The notes under the pieces were generated by a model. It made no database searches. It was given only the letters and a program-made list of their open reading frames with translations, and had not been told where the DNA came from. Shown here piece after piece: positions 1 through 7,836 of a DNA stretch of 42,176 nt. The translations under genes and the position numbers were made by a program. This DNA comes from Culicoidibacterales bacterium (GTDB lineage Bacteria; Bacillota_I; Bacilli_A; Culicoidibacterales; JBOFHN01), in the NCBI GenBank assembly GCA_051649665.1, contig JBOFHN010000016.1, forward strand, positions 1-42,176, in the 5' to 3' direction. The stretch's first letter is position 1; the number at the start of each line of letters is the position of its first letter.

Positions 1-168
1 TATAATCAAAGTTGGTTTTATATGAATAAAGATGATTCAAATGTCATTGTTCCAAGACAAGATACTGTACTTCCTTGGACAGTTAATGTAGCAAATCTGT
101 TCGTGTGGGGAATCCTTGGTATTATCATTTTACTTGTTATTGTCGGTATTATTCTGAATATAAAGTAG
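1..168 (+). CDS. 3' end of DUF5808-like membrane protein (truncated by window edge; not in ORF track)
   Basis: Frame 1 open from base 1 to TAG 166-168: YNQSWFYMNKDDSNVIVPRQDTVLPWTVNVANLFVWGILGIIILLVIVGIILNIK. Resembles the FY-N-DD-VP-R-WT-N pattern of DUF5808 followed by a TM helix. Confidence 0.6.
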   Translation, partial: YNQSWFYMNKDDSNVIVPRQDTVLPWTVNVANLFVWGILGIIILLVIVGIILNIK

Positions 169-180
169 AGAGGTGAAGTT

Positions 181-450
181 ATGAATACGTTTAAAGCGCT
201 TGCTGATCCAATACGTCAAGAAATTTTAACGATGTTAAAGCAAAAAAAGTTATCAGCCGGAGAGATTGCAAGTGTATTTGATATGTCACAAGCAACAATT
301 TCATATCACTTGTCGATTTTGAAAAAAGCGGATTTAATTAAAGAAACAAAATATAAAAATTTTATTTATTATGAAATTAATACAACAGTATTTGAATCGA
401 TGCTTGTATGGATTTCGCAGTTTGGAGGAAAAAAAGATGACGATAAATAA
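181..450 (+). CDS. sdpR: ArsR/SmtB-family autorepressor, SdpR-like
   Basis: FKALADPIRQEIL...LSAGEIA...SQATISYHLSILKKADLI...KNFIYYEINTTVFE; SD GAGGTG; directly upstream of an SdpI-family gene. Confidence 0.85.
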   Translation: MNTFKALADPIRQEILTMLKQKKLSAGEIASVFDMSQATISYHLSILKKADLIKETKYKNFIYYEINTTVFESMLVWISQFGGKKDDDK

Positions 451-1072
451 AAAAGAAATAGTGTTTACAAGTTTAGTTACACTGAGTCCAATTGCAATAG
501 GTCTTTATTTATACCCGCAACTTCCAGAGAAAGTAGCTGTCCATTTTAACTATCAAGGTGTAGCTGATACATATTATGATCGAGTTCCAGCAATCGTTAT
601 TCTCCCGATTGTTTTATTAGTTACGCATATGTTTATATATTTTATTACCTCTCTTTCTTTGAATACAAAACCAATTCACCCTAAAATGTGGAAGATTATA
701 GTGTGGATGATACCTGTGATATCAGTCTGTGTTTCAGTTGGACTATATGTGTACAATCTTAAATTGATGCCTAATGGAGCAATGTTTATTTTTGGTCCTG
801 TATCGTTGTTGTTTATTGTCATTGGAAATTATTTACCTAAATGTGAACATAATTATTTTGTTGGTGTGAAAACACCATGGGCACTTTTGGATGAAAAAAA
901 TTGGCGTGCTACACATCGTTTTTCAGGACCATTGTGGGTAGTTTGTGGACTTTTAATGCTTATTATCACAATCTTGCAAATTTCACCAATTCTATTTTTT
1001 ATTGTCATAATTGTAATGACAGGAGTGCCATTTATATATTCGTATTGGTATTATCAAAAGCAAAAGAAATAG
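437..1072 (+). CDS. sdpI: SdpI/YhfL-family immunity membrane protein with DUF1648-like N-terminus
   Basis: LPEKVAVHFN..G.AD and IGNYLPK...NYFVGVKTPWAL..EKNWRATHRFSG motifs. Start placed at ATG 437 (SD GGAGG 424-428) rather than 371. Confidence 0.85.
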   Translation: MTINKKEIVFTSLVTLSPIAIGLYLYPQLPEKVAVHFNYQGVADTYYDRVPAIVILPIVLLVTHMFIYFITSLSLNTKPIHPKMWKIIVWMIPVISVCVSVGLYVYNLKLMPNGAMFIFGPVSLLFIVIGNYLPKCEHNYFVGVKTPWALLDEKNWRATHRFSGPLWVVCGLLMLIITILQISPILFFIVIIVMTGVPFIYSYWYYQKQKK

Positions 1073-1077
1073 TGAAG

Positions 1078-1107
1078 AATGCTTATGTATAGACATAGGC
1101 ATTTTTT
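1078..1107 (+). terminator. Intrinsic terminator after sdpI
   Basis: AATGCTTATGT-ATAG-ACATAGGCATT stem (one G-U) followed by T run. Confidence 0.7.
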
Positions 1108-1116
1108 AAATAAGTA

Positions 1117-1145
1117 TTGCATTAGAAAAAAGGGTATGTTAAAAT
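1117..1145 (+). promoter_or_regulatory. SigA-type promoter with extended -10 for the ABC operon
   Basis: TTGCAT 1117-1122, 17 bp, TG-t-TAAAAT 1137-1145. Confidence 0.65.
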
Positions 1146-1172
1146 CTATTTAGAAAGTTTTCGAAATAGATT
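1143..1172. promoter_or_regulatory. Palindromic operator 1 (candidate SdpR site)
   Basis: AATCTATTTAGA-AAGTTT-TCGAAATAGATT, 12-6-12 inverted repeat with one mismatch, overlapping the -10 and start site. Confidence 0.65.
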
Positions 1173-1197
1173 GGGTGGAACGAATATTTTTTTAATT

Positions 1198-1223
1198 TCT
1201 ATTTCGAAAAAAATCTAAATAGA
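1198..1223. promoter_or_regulatory. Palindromic operator 2 (inverted copy of operator 1)
   Basis: TCTATTTCGA-AAAAAA-TCTAAATAGA; arms are the exact reverse complement of the operator 1 arms. Confidence 0.65.
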
Positions 1224-1242
1224 TAGAAAAGAGGTTTTATAG

Positions 1243-1476
1243 ATGGTTGAATCAATAGCAAATATATTTCACGTGTCATCAGATGTAGCACAAATTATTT
1301 TACCAATTCTCATTATTCATAGTGTACTTGTACTTATTGTCGTGGTTGATGTGATAAAAAATTGGCAAAGGCGAATATATCCTTTACTTTGGATTGTATT
1401 AGCAATAGCGATAACATTTATTGGACCGCTTATATATTTTATAGTTGGGAGAAAGATTGATGGATCAAAAAAATAA
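1243..1476 (+). CDS. PLDc N-terminal domain small membrane protein (YxlE-like)
   Basis: Two TM helices, ILPILII...D...LWIVLAI...FIGPLIYFIVGRK motif; SD GAGG. Confidence 0.75.
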   Translation: MVESIANIFHVSSDVAQIILPILIIHSVLVLIVVVDVIKNWQRRIYPLLWIVLAIAITFIGPLIYFIVGRKIDGSKK

Positions 1477-2392
1477 AGACTTTCAATTGATACTTCAAAA
1501 TTTAACAAAGAAATTTGGTAAACATATCGCAGTTAATGATTTTTCATTTGAAATTAAACAAGGTGATTGTATTGGTTTGATTGGACCAAATGGAGCGGGT
1601 AAAACAACACTGCTTCGTATGCTCTCTGGAATTTTACAGCCGACTTCGGGCAGTGTTCTTTTTAATCAAGTTGAAATCGAAAAACACCGTGATAAAATTG
1701 GGTATCTTCCCCAATTTCCGCAATTTTATGATTGGATGTGTGCAGAAGAGGTTCTGCGTTTTAGTGCTTCACTTTTTAAAATGAAACACGTTGAAGTGGA
1801 GAGAAGAATTCCTGAGGTTCTTGAACTCGTTGGACTTTCTGGTGTTGAAAAGAAGCGTGTTGCTGACTTCTCTGGGGGAATGAGACAACGGCTTGGAATT
1901 GCACAGGCGATTATTCATCGACCACAAGTTGTGATATTAGATGAACCAGTTTCAGCACTTGATCCAGTTGGACGAAGAGAAGTGTTGAATCTGATTGAAA
2001 AGATTAAACATGAAACAACCGTTATTTTTTCAACGCATATTTTAAAAGATGCTGAAGAAGTGTGCAATCGATTTTGTGTACTAAATAAAAGTCGAAAAGT
2101 AGAAGAATTTTATTATCGAGATATTCAAGCAAGATACGTGCAGAATACATTGACAATTCAAGTGGAGCAATTAGATAAGGGATGGCTTTCATATTTACAA
2201 ACGCTCCCAGAAATTGAAGTGACAGTTTCTGATGACACCCTCCACTTGACAACGAAGAAAGTAGAAGTAGCGTGGCAATATCAAGTTTTAGCAAGTATTG
2301 TCGATTACCAGGTTGCTTTTTTGGCAATTGAAATTGGCCAATTTACACTGGAGGAGTATTTTATGCAGTTAGTAGGTGAAGTTCATGCATAG
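1460..2392 (+). CDS. ABC transporter ATP-binding protein (YxlF-like)
   Basis: Walker A GPNGAGKTT, signature FSGGMRQR, Walker B VILDEP, STH switch; probable start ATG 1460. Confidence 0.9.
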   Translation: MDQKNKDFQLILQNLTKKFGKHIAVNDFSFEIKQGDCIGLIGPNGAGKTTLLRMLSGILQPTSGSVLFNQVEIEKHRDKIGYLPQFPQFYDWMCAEEVLRFSASLFKMKHVEVERRIPEVLELVGLSGVEKKRVADFSGGMRQRLGIAQAIIHRPQVVILDEPVSALDPVGRREVLNLIEKIKHETTVIFSTHILKDAEEVCNRFCVLNKSRKVEEFYYRDIQARYVQNTLTIQVEQLDKGWLSYLQTLPEIEVTVSDDTLHLTTKKVEVAWQYQVLASIVDYQVAFLAIEIGQFTLEEYFMQLVGEVHA

Positions 2393-3161
2393 TTTTTTCG
2401 TTTTATTAAAAAAAGAATGGACAGAGCAAGTGAAAGATTATCGGATAGTATGGTTACCAATCGTGTTTATTGGTGTTGCGATTATGCATCCACTCACAAT
2501 GAAATTATTACCAACACTTATTGGTCAAAATACACAAGGGATTATGCTTGATCCAAATGCGAAAGTGCCATCTGGAAATGAAATTTTTGCTGGTGTGTTC
2601 GGACAAGTGAATCAGTTTGGCTTTCTTATTTTAGGGATTACGTTGATGGGTACAATTGTGAAAGAAAAGCAAAATGGTATTTTAGATATTCTTTTTTCAA
2701 AGCCAGTGAATACAGGTAGCTATTTAATGAGTAAATGGTTGATGAATAGTTTAATTATTGCTCCGAGTATAGCAATTGGTTTGTACGCTGGTTTGTATTA
2801 TACAAATGTATACTATCACGCTGTTGATATGGTACGTTTTACACAAGCACTTCTTTTTTATGAAATGTGGATGATGTTTATTGTCTTTTTAGGCGTGATG
2901 GCGAGTGCTGTTGTGAAAACACAAATTCAAGCGGCAACGATAACGATTTTGATTCCCACGGTAATGCTCATTTTAGGGAATGTAAATAATGTCTTTTTCG
3001 AACTTTTTTTGCCAAGTACATTAAGTAAGAATGCAACAACGATTATGATGGGGGGAGAACTGACGCATACGTGGTTTTGGAATATTCTTTTGACAATCGT
3101 AATTACAATGAGTGTATACAGTTGTGCGTATATTCGCATGCGTTATAAAAGGAGGGATTAA
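2385..3161 (+). CDS. ABC-2 type permease (YxlG-like)
   Basis: LLKKEW..., EK..G.L....SKPV...YL.SK motif, about 6 TM segments; start ATG 2385 after AGGTGA. Confidence 0.85.
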   Translation: MHSFFVLLKKEWTEQVKDYRIVWLPIVFIGVAIMHPLTMKLLPTLIGQNTQGIMLDPNAKVPSGNEIFAGVFGQVNQFGFLILGITLMGTIVKEKQNGILDILFSKPVNTGSYLMSKWLMNSLIIAPSIAIGLYAGLYYTNVYYHAVDMVRFTQALLFYEMWMMFIVFLGVMASAVVKTQIQAATITILIPTVMLILGNVNNVFFELFLPSTLSKNATTIMMGGELTHTWFWNILLTIVITMSVYSCAYIRMRYKRRD

Positions 3162-3878
3162 ATGATGTTAGAAATCCAAAACTTACGAAAAATTTATGCT
3201 CAATCAAATAAGGGCATTCATGATTTAACACTGACGATTTATCCTGGGGATATATGCGCTTTCATTGGATCAAATGGTGCGGGAAAGACAACGATTCTGA
3301 AATCGATTGTGGGGATTCATCCATTTGATAAAGGGAGAATTACACTCAATGGTATCGATTTACAAAATGAATCTAAAGAATTTAAGATGATGATTGGATA
3401 TGCTCCCGATAACCCGGATGTTTATGAAAACTTACGAGGCTACGAGTATTTAAATTTTATTGGCTCAATGTATCGTGTTGACCAAGCGACTTTTGAGAAT
3501 GAAGTGAATTATTTAGCGGAACAATTAGATCTGAAAGAAAGTTTAGGTCAGTTGATTTTAAACTACTCTCATGGGATGAAACAACGTTTAGTATTAATTT
3601 CAATTTTTCTTCATAGTCCAGATTTGATAATTTTAGATGAACCGTTTGTAGGATTAGATCCCAATGCTTCTTATTTTTTGACAAATGAATTGAGAAAAAG
3701 AGCAGCGAATGGAGCAAAAATTATTTATTCCACTCATGTATTAGAAGTAGCTGAAAAAATTTGTAATCGAGTGGTGTTAATTGACCATGGAGAAGTAAAA
3801 GTTGAAGGGTTGATGAAAGAACTGGTTGCAAAAGAGTCACTTAGTGAACTGTTTAGAAGGGTGAGTGCGCATGAATAA
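3162..3878 (+). CDS. Second ABC transporter ATP-binding protein
   Basis: GSNGAGKTT, YSHGMKQR, IILDEPFVGLDP, STH. Confidence 0.9.
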   Translation: MMLEIQNLRKIYAQSNKGIHDLTLTIYPGDICAFIGSNGAGKTTILKSIVGIHPFDKGRITLNGIDLQNESKEFKMMIGYAPDNPDVYENLRGYEYLNFIGSMYRVDQATFENEVNYLAEQLDLKESLGQLILNYSHGMKQRLVLISIFLHSPDLIILDEPFVGLDPNASYFLTNELRKRAANGAKIIYSTHVLEVAEKICNRVVLIDHGEVKVEGLMKELVAKESLSELFRRVSAHE

Positions 3879-5403
3879 GCAACTAATTGAATTAATTTGC
3901 ATTCGTTTAAGAAATCAATTTGAATGGTCAAAACTCAATGATGAAAATACGTCAGTCAAGATGCATGCTCGACTTACAACGCTTGGGTATTTAATAGTAT
4001 TTATTTTCGCATTTGGATATATTCTCTTGTTACCTTATCAAATGAATCAAGAACTTCAATTAGACAAAGTGAACCCGTATGTCGTAGCTTTACTTTTTTG
4101 GTTTTTCGGCATTTGGACGTTACTGTTTGGCGTTGGAAATTTGCTCGTTGGAACTGATCATAATCAGGTATTTGTTTTACCACTTGAAGAGTGGCAGGTT
4201 AAACTTGTGAATATTATTTCTTCGTACATTGTTTACTTGCCCCTTTGTGGCTTGTTTTTGTTCAGTGTTCAAATTCCGTTGTATTTTTTCCAACCATTCC
4301 CACTAATAAATCTACTGATGGTTTTCGCTTTTGTGATTATGATACCATTACTTGCTATCGGGAGTAGTGTGATTGTTTCAATAGTTGTAAAAGTGACTCT
4401 CTCTATGCTGAACTTTAGAAATACCTGTATTGAAGCCGTTTTGACATTGCTTATTTTTATTTATCCTTTGGTGTCCGGTTATTTAGTTGCTCCGATTAAC
4501 TTGAAGTCGGGACTCATCAACACATCTTTCCTAACCGTTTCATTATTGGAAGTCGTTTTGTGGAGTGACTGGTTGAAACTCGTGGTTTTGTTTGCTGCTT
4601 CTTTGATTGTCTTTGGTGCACTGTGTTTGGTCATTACGAAAAAGTATAATCAACTAATACAACGAGTCGGGGTTCAGTTTACTGTACTGAAAAAGTATAC
4701 TTTAGAGATTAAGTCACCACTGGTTGCACTTTTCAAAAAGGAACTGAGTCGCTATTTTTCATCTTTTACATATGTTGTTAACACACTTGTTACACCGCTT
4801 GCTTTGTTTCTGGTAGCGAGTGGATTATTGATGGGAGTGTTACCTAAATTTACGTCTATTCCCATTGTGTCGTTGAATTTAACAATTACGAGTTCATTTA
4901 TATATTTTGTTATTTTAATAGTATGTTTGACTTTAACAACAACAACTTCGTGTAGCTTTTCATTTGAAGGAAAAAATATTTGGATTATTCAAAGTTTACC
5001 AATTTCTGTAAATGAGTTGAGTCTTGCGAAAGGATTGTTAAATATTTTATTATTTATTCCCGGATTGATAGTTGCGCTTTTTGTTTGTTGGAATGTATTT
5101 GAATTGAGAGGGATTATCTTTATTGTTCATGGAACTTTCCTATTGATAAGTTTATTGTGCATAACATTTCTCGGTTTAGCAATTAATTTAAAATTTCCTA
5201 ATTTTAATTGGTCAAATGAAATGGTCGTTGTTAAACAAGGAGGTGCCACTATTATCACTTCCGTAGCGAGTATGTTGCTTATTTCATTATCAGCTGTATT
5301 ATTTCTTTTTCTCGGAACTTGGGGTATAGTGATTGTCACTATGGCAGAACTTTTGATTATTGAAACGACAATAATGTATATCAGAAAAACCAATTATCTA
5401 TAA
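3871..5403 (+). CDS. Large multi-TM ABC-2 type exporter permease
   Basis: More than 10 hydrophobic segments; KKELSRYF, SFSFEGKN.WI..SLP, KFPNFNW..E..VVKQG motifs; overlaps the ATPase stop; probable start ATG 3871. Confidence 0.75.
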   Translation: MNKQLIELICIRLRNQFEWSKLNDENTSVKMHARLTTLGYLIVFIFAFGYILLLPYQMNQELQLDKVNPYVVALLFWFFGIWTLLFGVGNLLVGTDHNQVFVLPLEEWQVKLVNIISSYIVYLPLCGLFLFSVQIPLYFFQPFPLINLLMVFAFVIMIPLLAIGSSVIVSIVVKVTLSMLNFRNTCIEAVLTLLIFIYPLVSGYLVAPINLKSGLINTSFLTVSLLEVVLWSDWLKLVVLFAASLIVFGALCLVITKKYNQLIQRVGVQFTVLKKYTLEIKSPLVALFKKELSRYFSSFTYVVNTLVTPLALFLVASGLLMGVLPKFTSIPIVSLNLTITSSFIYFVILIVCLTLTTTTSCSFSFEGKNIWIIQSLPISVNELSLAKGLLNILLFIPGLIVALFVCWNVFELRGIIFIVHGTFLLISLLCITFLGLAINLKFPNFNWSNEMVVVKQGGATIITSVASMLLISLSAVLFLFLGTWGIVIVTMAELLIIETTIMYIRKTNYL

Positions 5404-5567
5404 GGTGATGTTAAATACGATTTGTCACTAAGATGATAGAAATATCATATTGATATATTTAAAATACTTAGTGTAAGAAAAGGAATAATCTGTCCTGTAA
5501 AACAACTCACAAAAGAACATTTATTGTAGTATGATTATTAAAAAAAACAACTGTCAAGGAAAAATAC

Positions 5568-5596
5568 TTGACAGTCATTTTAATATGATGTATACT
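5568..5596 (+). promoter_or_regulatory. SigA promoter of rpsP operon
   Basis: TTGACA 5568-5573, 17 bp, TATACT 5591-5596. Confidence 0.8.
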
Positions 5597-5626
5597 GTAG
5601 AGGAAATAAAATATTTGGAGGAACTT

Positions 5627-5899
5627 ATGGCAGTTAAATTACGTTTAAAACGCATGGGTGCTAAACAAGCACCATTCTACCGTATCGTGGCAGCAACAGA
5701 CACAGCACCACGTGATGGACGATTCATTGAAACAGTGGGAACTTACAATCCACTTACAGAACCAGCACAAGTGAATATTAATGAAGAACTTGCATTAAAA
5801 TGGCTTGGAAATGGTGCAAAGCCTACGGACACAGTTCGTCGTCTTTTATCAGAAGCTGGTGTAATGAAAGCATTCCACGAATCAAAAATGAAAAAATAA
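5627..5899 (+). CDS. rpsP: 30S ribosomal protein S16
   Basis: [21 protein letters not shown]...[15 protein letters not shown]; SD GGAGG; true start 5627, not 5531. Confidence 0.98.
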   Translation: MAVKLRLKRMGAKQAPFYRIVAATDTAPRDGRFIETVGTYNPLTEPAQVNINEELALKWLGNGAKPTDTVRRLLSEAGVMKAFHESKMKK

Positions 5900-5926
5900 G
5901 TAATATCACTAAAATGAGGTGAGCAT

Positions 5927-6169
5927 ATGGACACTGTTATAAAAACAGCACGTTTACTCTTTGAGAATACAATCCATGATTACGATCAGTTTGTCATGAC
6001 AAGTGAAATGACGGATGATACCCACCTGAAATTATATATTACATTGAGTAGTCGCGATTGCTATGATTTAAAGAAGAAGCATGGTCGTATTCTACGTGCA
6101 ATTACTGCTCTCATTCAGAATTGTGCAACGCATGCTCATTTACGCGCAACAGTTGTTGTGAGCGAATAA
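5927..6169 (+). CDS. khpA: KH-domain RNA-binding protein KhpA/YlqC, divergent
   Basis: 80 aa between rpsP and rimM (conserved khpA position); HGRILRAITALI resembles GRxxxAIRxxx, but the GxxG loop is altered; SD GAGGTG. Confidence 0.6.
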   Translation: MDTVIKTARLLFENTIHDYDQFVMTSEMTDDTHLKLYITLSSRDCYDLKKKHGRILRAITALIQNCATHAHLRATVVVSE

Positions 6170-6195
6170 AGACCACTGCAAAGTGGTCTTTTCTT
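6168..6195 (+). terminator. Intrinsic terminator or attenuator between khpA and rimM
   Basis: AAAGACCACT-GCAA-AGTGGTCTTT followed by TCTT. Confidence 0.8.
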
Positions 6196-6214
6196 AATAA
6201 AAAGGAGGAATTGA

Positions 6215-6697
6215 GTGATGATACGCTTTGGGAAAATCGTGAATGTTCACGGTCTAAAAGGTGATGTTAAAATACTAACCAATAGTGATTTTGCACAGGA
6301 ACGCTTGCAAAAAGGAAAGCAATTATACCTTGCTGATAATCATGTATTGACAATTGAAAATGCTCGTTTAAGTAAGACGACATGGATTGTGAAATTTCAA
6401 GATTTAAATCGTATTGAAGATGTTGAGCAGTATAAAAATAAAGATCTTTTTGTAGAAGAGATGAATCTGCTCGAAGAAGATGAATTTTATTATGCTGACC
6501 TCATTGGTTTATCACTTATAGCCAAGGGGGAAGTCATCGGGACAGTGCGCGATGTTGTTGAAGTTGGAAGTGGCCACAATCTTGTGTGTCAAGGTGAAAC
6601 GCGTTTTCAAATTCCTTTTATTCATTCGTTTGTAGGTGAAATTGATTTTACGGAAAAGACGATTGAAATTTTTCCGATACCGGGGTTGATCGATTAA
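6215..6697 (+). CDS. rimM: 16S rRNA processing protein RimM
   Basis: GKIVNVHGLKGDVKI, DEFYYADLIGL, IPF...PGL; start GTG 6215 or ATG 6218. Confidence 0.95.
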   Translation: MMIRFGKIVNVHGLKGDVKILTNSDFAQERLQKGKQLYLADNHVLTIENARLSKTTWIVKFQDLNRIEDVEQYKNKDLFVEEMNLLEEDEFYYADLIGLSLIAKGEVIGTVRDVVEVGSGHNLVCQGETRFQIPFIHSFVGEIDFTEKTIEIFPIPGLID

Positions 6698-7431
6698 TGA
6701 AAATAACATATGCAACATTATTTAAAGAAATGATAGAACCTGTTATCGACACATCGATTATGCATCGTGCTATGGAAAATGATGTGTTTTCTTATGAGTG
6801 TGTTGACTTTAGAGAATTCTCAGAAAACAAGCATAAAAAAGTAGACGATTATCCATTTGGTGGTGGGGTTGGTATGCTTTTAACACCACAACCGCTCATT
6901 GATTGTATCGATGATATTAAACAGCGTTCAAAGACAGATGTTCACGTTATTGCCTTAACACCAACAGGGATACCATTCAATCAACAAAAAGCACGCGAGT
7001 TATCGAAAAAGGAGCATATTTGCTTTGTGTGTGGTCATTATGAAGGCTTTGATCAACGTATTTTAGATACTGTTGTCGATGAGGAAATATCACTTGGTGA
7101 TTTTGTTTTAACAGGTGGAGAATGGGCATCCCTTGTTATGACTGAAAGTATCGTTCGACTGCTTGATGATGCAATCACAGAAGAATCACATCAAAATGAT
7201 TCCTTTGATTTATACGGTGGTTTACTCGAGTATCCACAATATACGCGACCAGCTGATTTTCGTGGACTTGAAGTGCCAGAAGTACTTCGTTCGGGGAATC
7301 ATAAATTGATTGAGGAATGGCAGTTTGAACAAGCCCTTGCGCTAACGAAAAAAAGACGTCCTGATTTATATGAAAAATATATAGAACGTACTTCTCAAAA
7401 AACTAGGAAGAGCGAGAAGAGTATGATATAA
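6697..7431 (+). CDS. trmD: tRNA (guanine-N1)-methyltransferase
   Basis: VDDYPFGGG.GM, CGHYEGFDQR, SLGDFVLTGGE, LLEYPQYTRP, VPEVL.SGNH. Confidence 0.97.
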   Translation: MKITYATLFKEMIEPVIDTSIMHRAMENDVFSYECVDFREFSENKHKKVDDYPFGGGVGMLLTPQPLIDCIDDIKQRSKTDVHVIALTPTGIPFNQQKARELSKKEHICFVCGHYEGFDQRILDTVVDEEISLGDFVLTGGEWASLVMTESIVRLLDDAITEESHQNDSFDLYGGLLEYPQYTRPADFRGLEVPEVLRSGNHKLIEEWQFEQALALTKKRRPDLYEKYIERTSQKTRKSEKSMI

Positions 7432-7432
7432 T
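7424..7432 (+). promoter_or_regulatory. Extended -10 promoter at end of trmD for the asp23-fakA operon
   Basis: TG-a-TATAAT 7424-7432; no good -35. Confidence 0.5.
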
Positions 7433-7460
7433 AATAAGAGGCTTTTTTGGAGGTAATATA

Positions 7461-7823
7461 ATGAGTTTGCAAGTGAAAACAGATAAAGGAACAGTGACGA
7501 TTTCAATCCAAGCTATTCAGACACTTTCAGGAACAATTGCGAGTGAAAGTTATGGTGTAGTTGGAATGGCATCACAGCATATGGTGCGAGATGGTCTTGC
7601 AGAAATACTTGGACAAGAAAATTATAAAAAAGGAATTACAGTAAGAGAAGTTGAAACTGATGTTGAAATTGATTTGTATGTCGTAATTGCTTACGGTGTT
7701 AAGGTTGTCGAAGTTGTTAAATCAATACAGCATAAAGTTGAGTACGAAGTAGAGAAGATGTTTGGTGTGCATGTACGCAGCGTAAACGTGTTCGTACAAG
7801 AAATTCGAGTAATTGATAAATAG
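7461..7823 (+). CDS. Asp23/Gls24 family protein (YloU-like)
   Basis: G.V.IS...A..SYGVVGMAS...DG..EILG..NY.KG; upstream of the DAK2 gene as in yloU-yloV. Confidence 0.92.
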   Translation: MSLQVKTDKGTVTISIQAIQTLSGTIASESYGVVGMASQHMVRDGLAEILGQENYKKGITVREVETDVEIDLYVVIAYGVKVVEVVKSIQHKVEYEVEKMFGVHVRSVNVFVQEIRVIDK

Positions 7824-7836
7824 TTGGAGGAAAATC

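Noticed and set aside
371-436. N-terminal extension of the SdpI ORF; similar extensions at 5531 (rpsP), 7813, 9374, 22252, 23042, 23988, 25666, 25886 and 28568
   Set aside because: These are longest-ORF artefacts that overlap upstream genes or promoters. SD position and family N-termini support the later starts.
5424-5436. 13-bp direct repeat GTCACTAAGATGA, also at 29556-29568, considered as an att site or target duplication
   Set aside because: It would bracket 24 kb of core genes, no integrase is present, and 13-mer matches are expected by chance in 42 kb of AT-rich DNA.
5426-5473. Nested hairpin CACTAAG...ATGATA-GAAA-TATCAT...CTTAGTG after the permease, considered as an sRNA, terminator or Fur box
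   Set aside because: AT-rich and weak, no U-tract, and the spacing does not fit the 7-1-7 Fur box.
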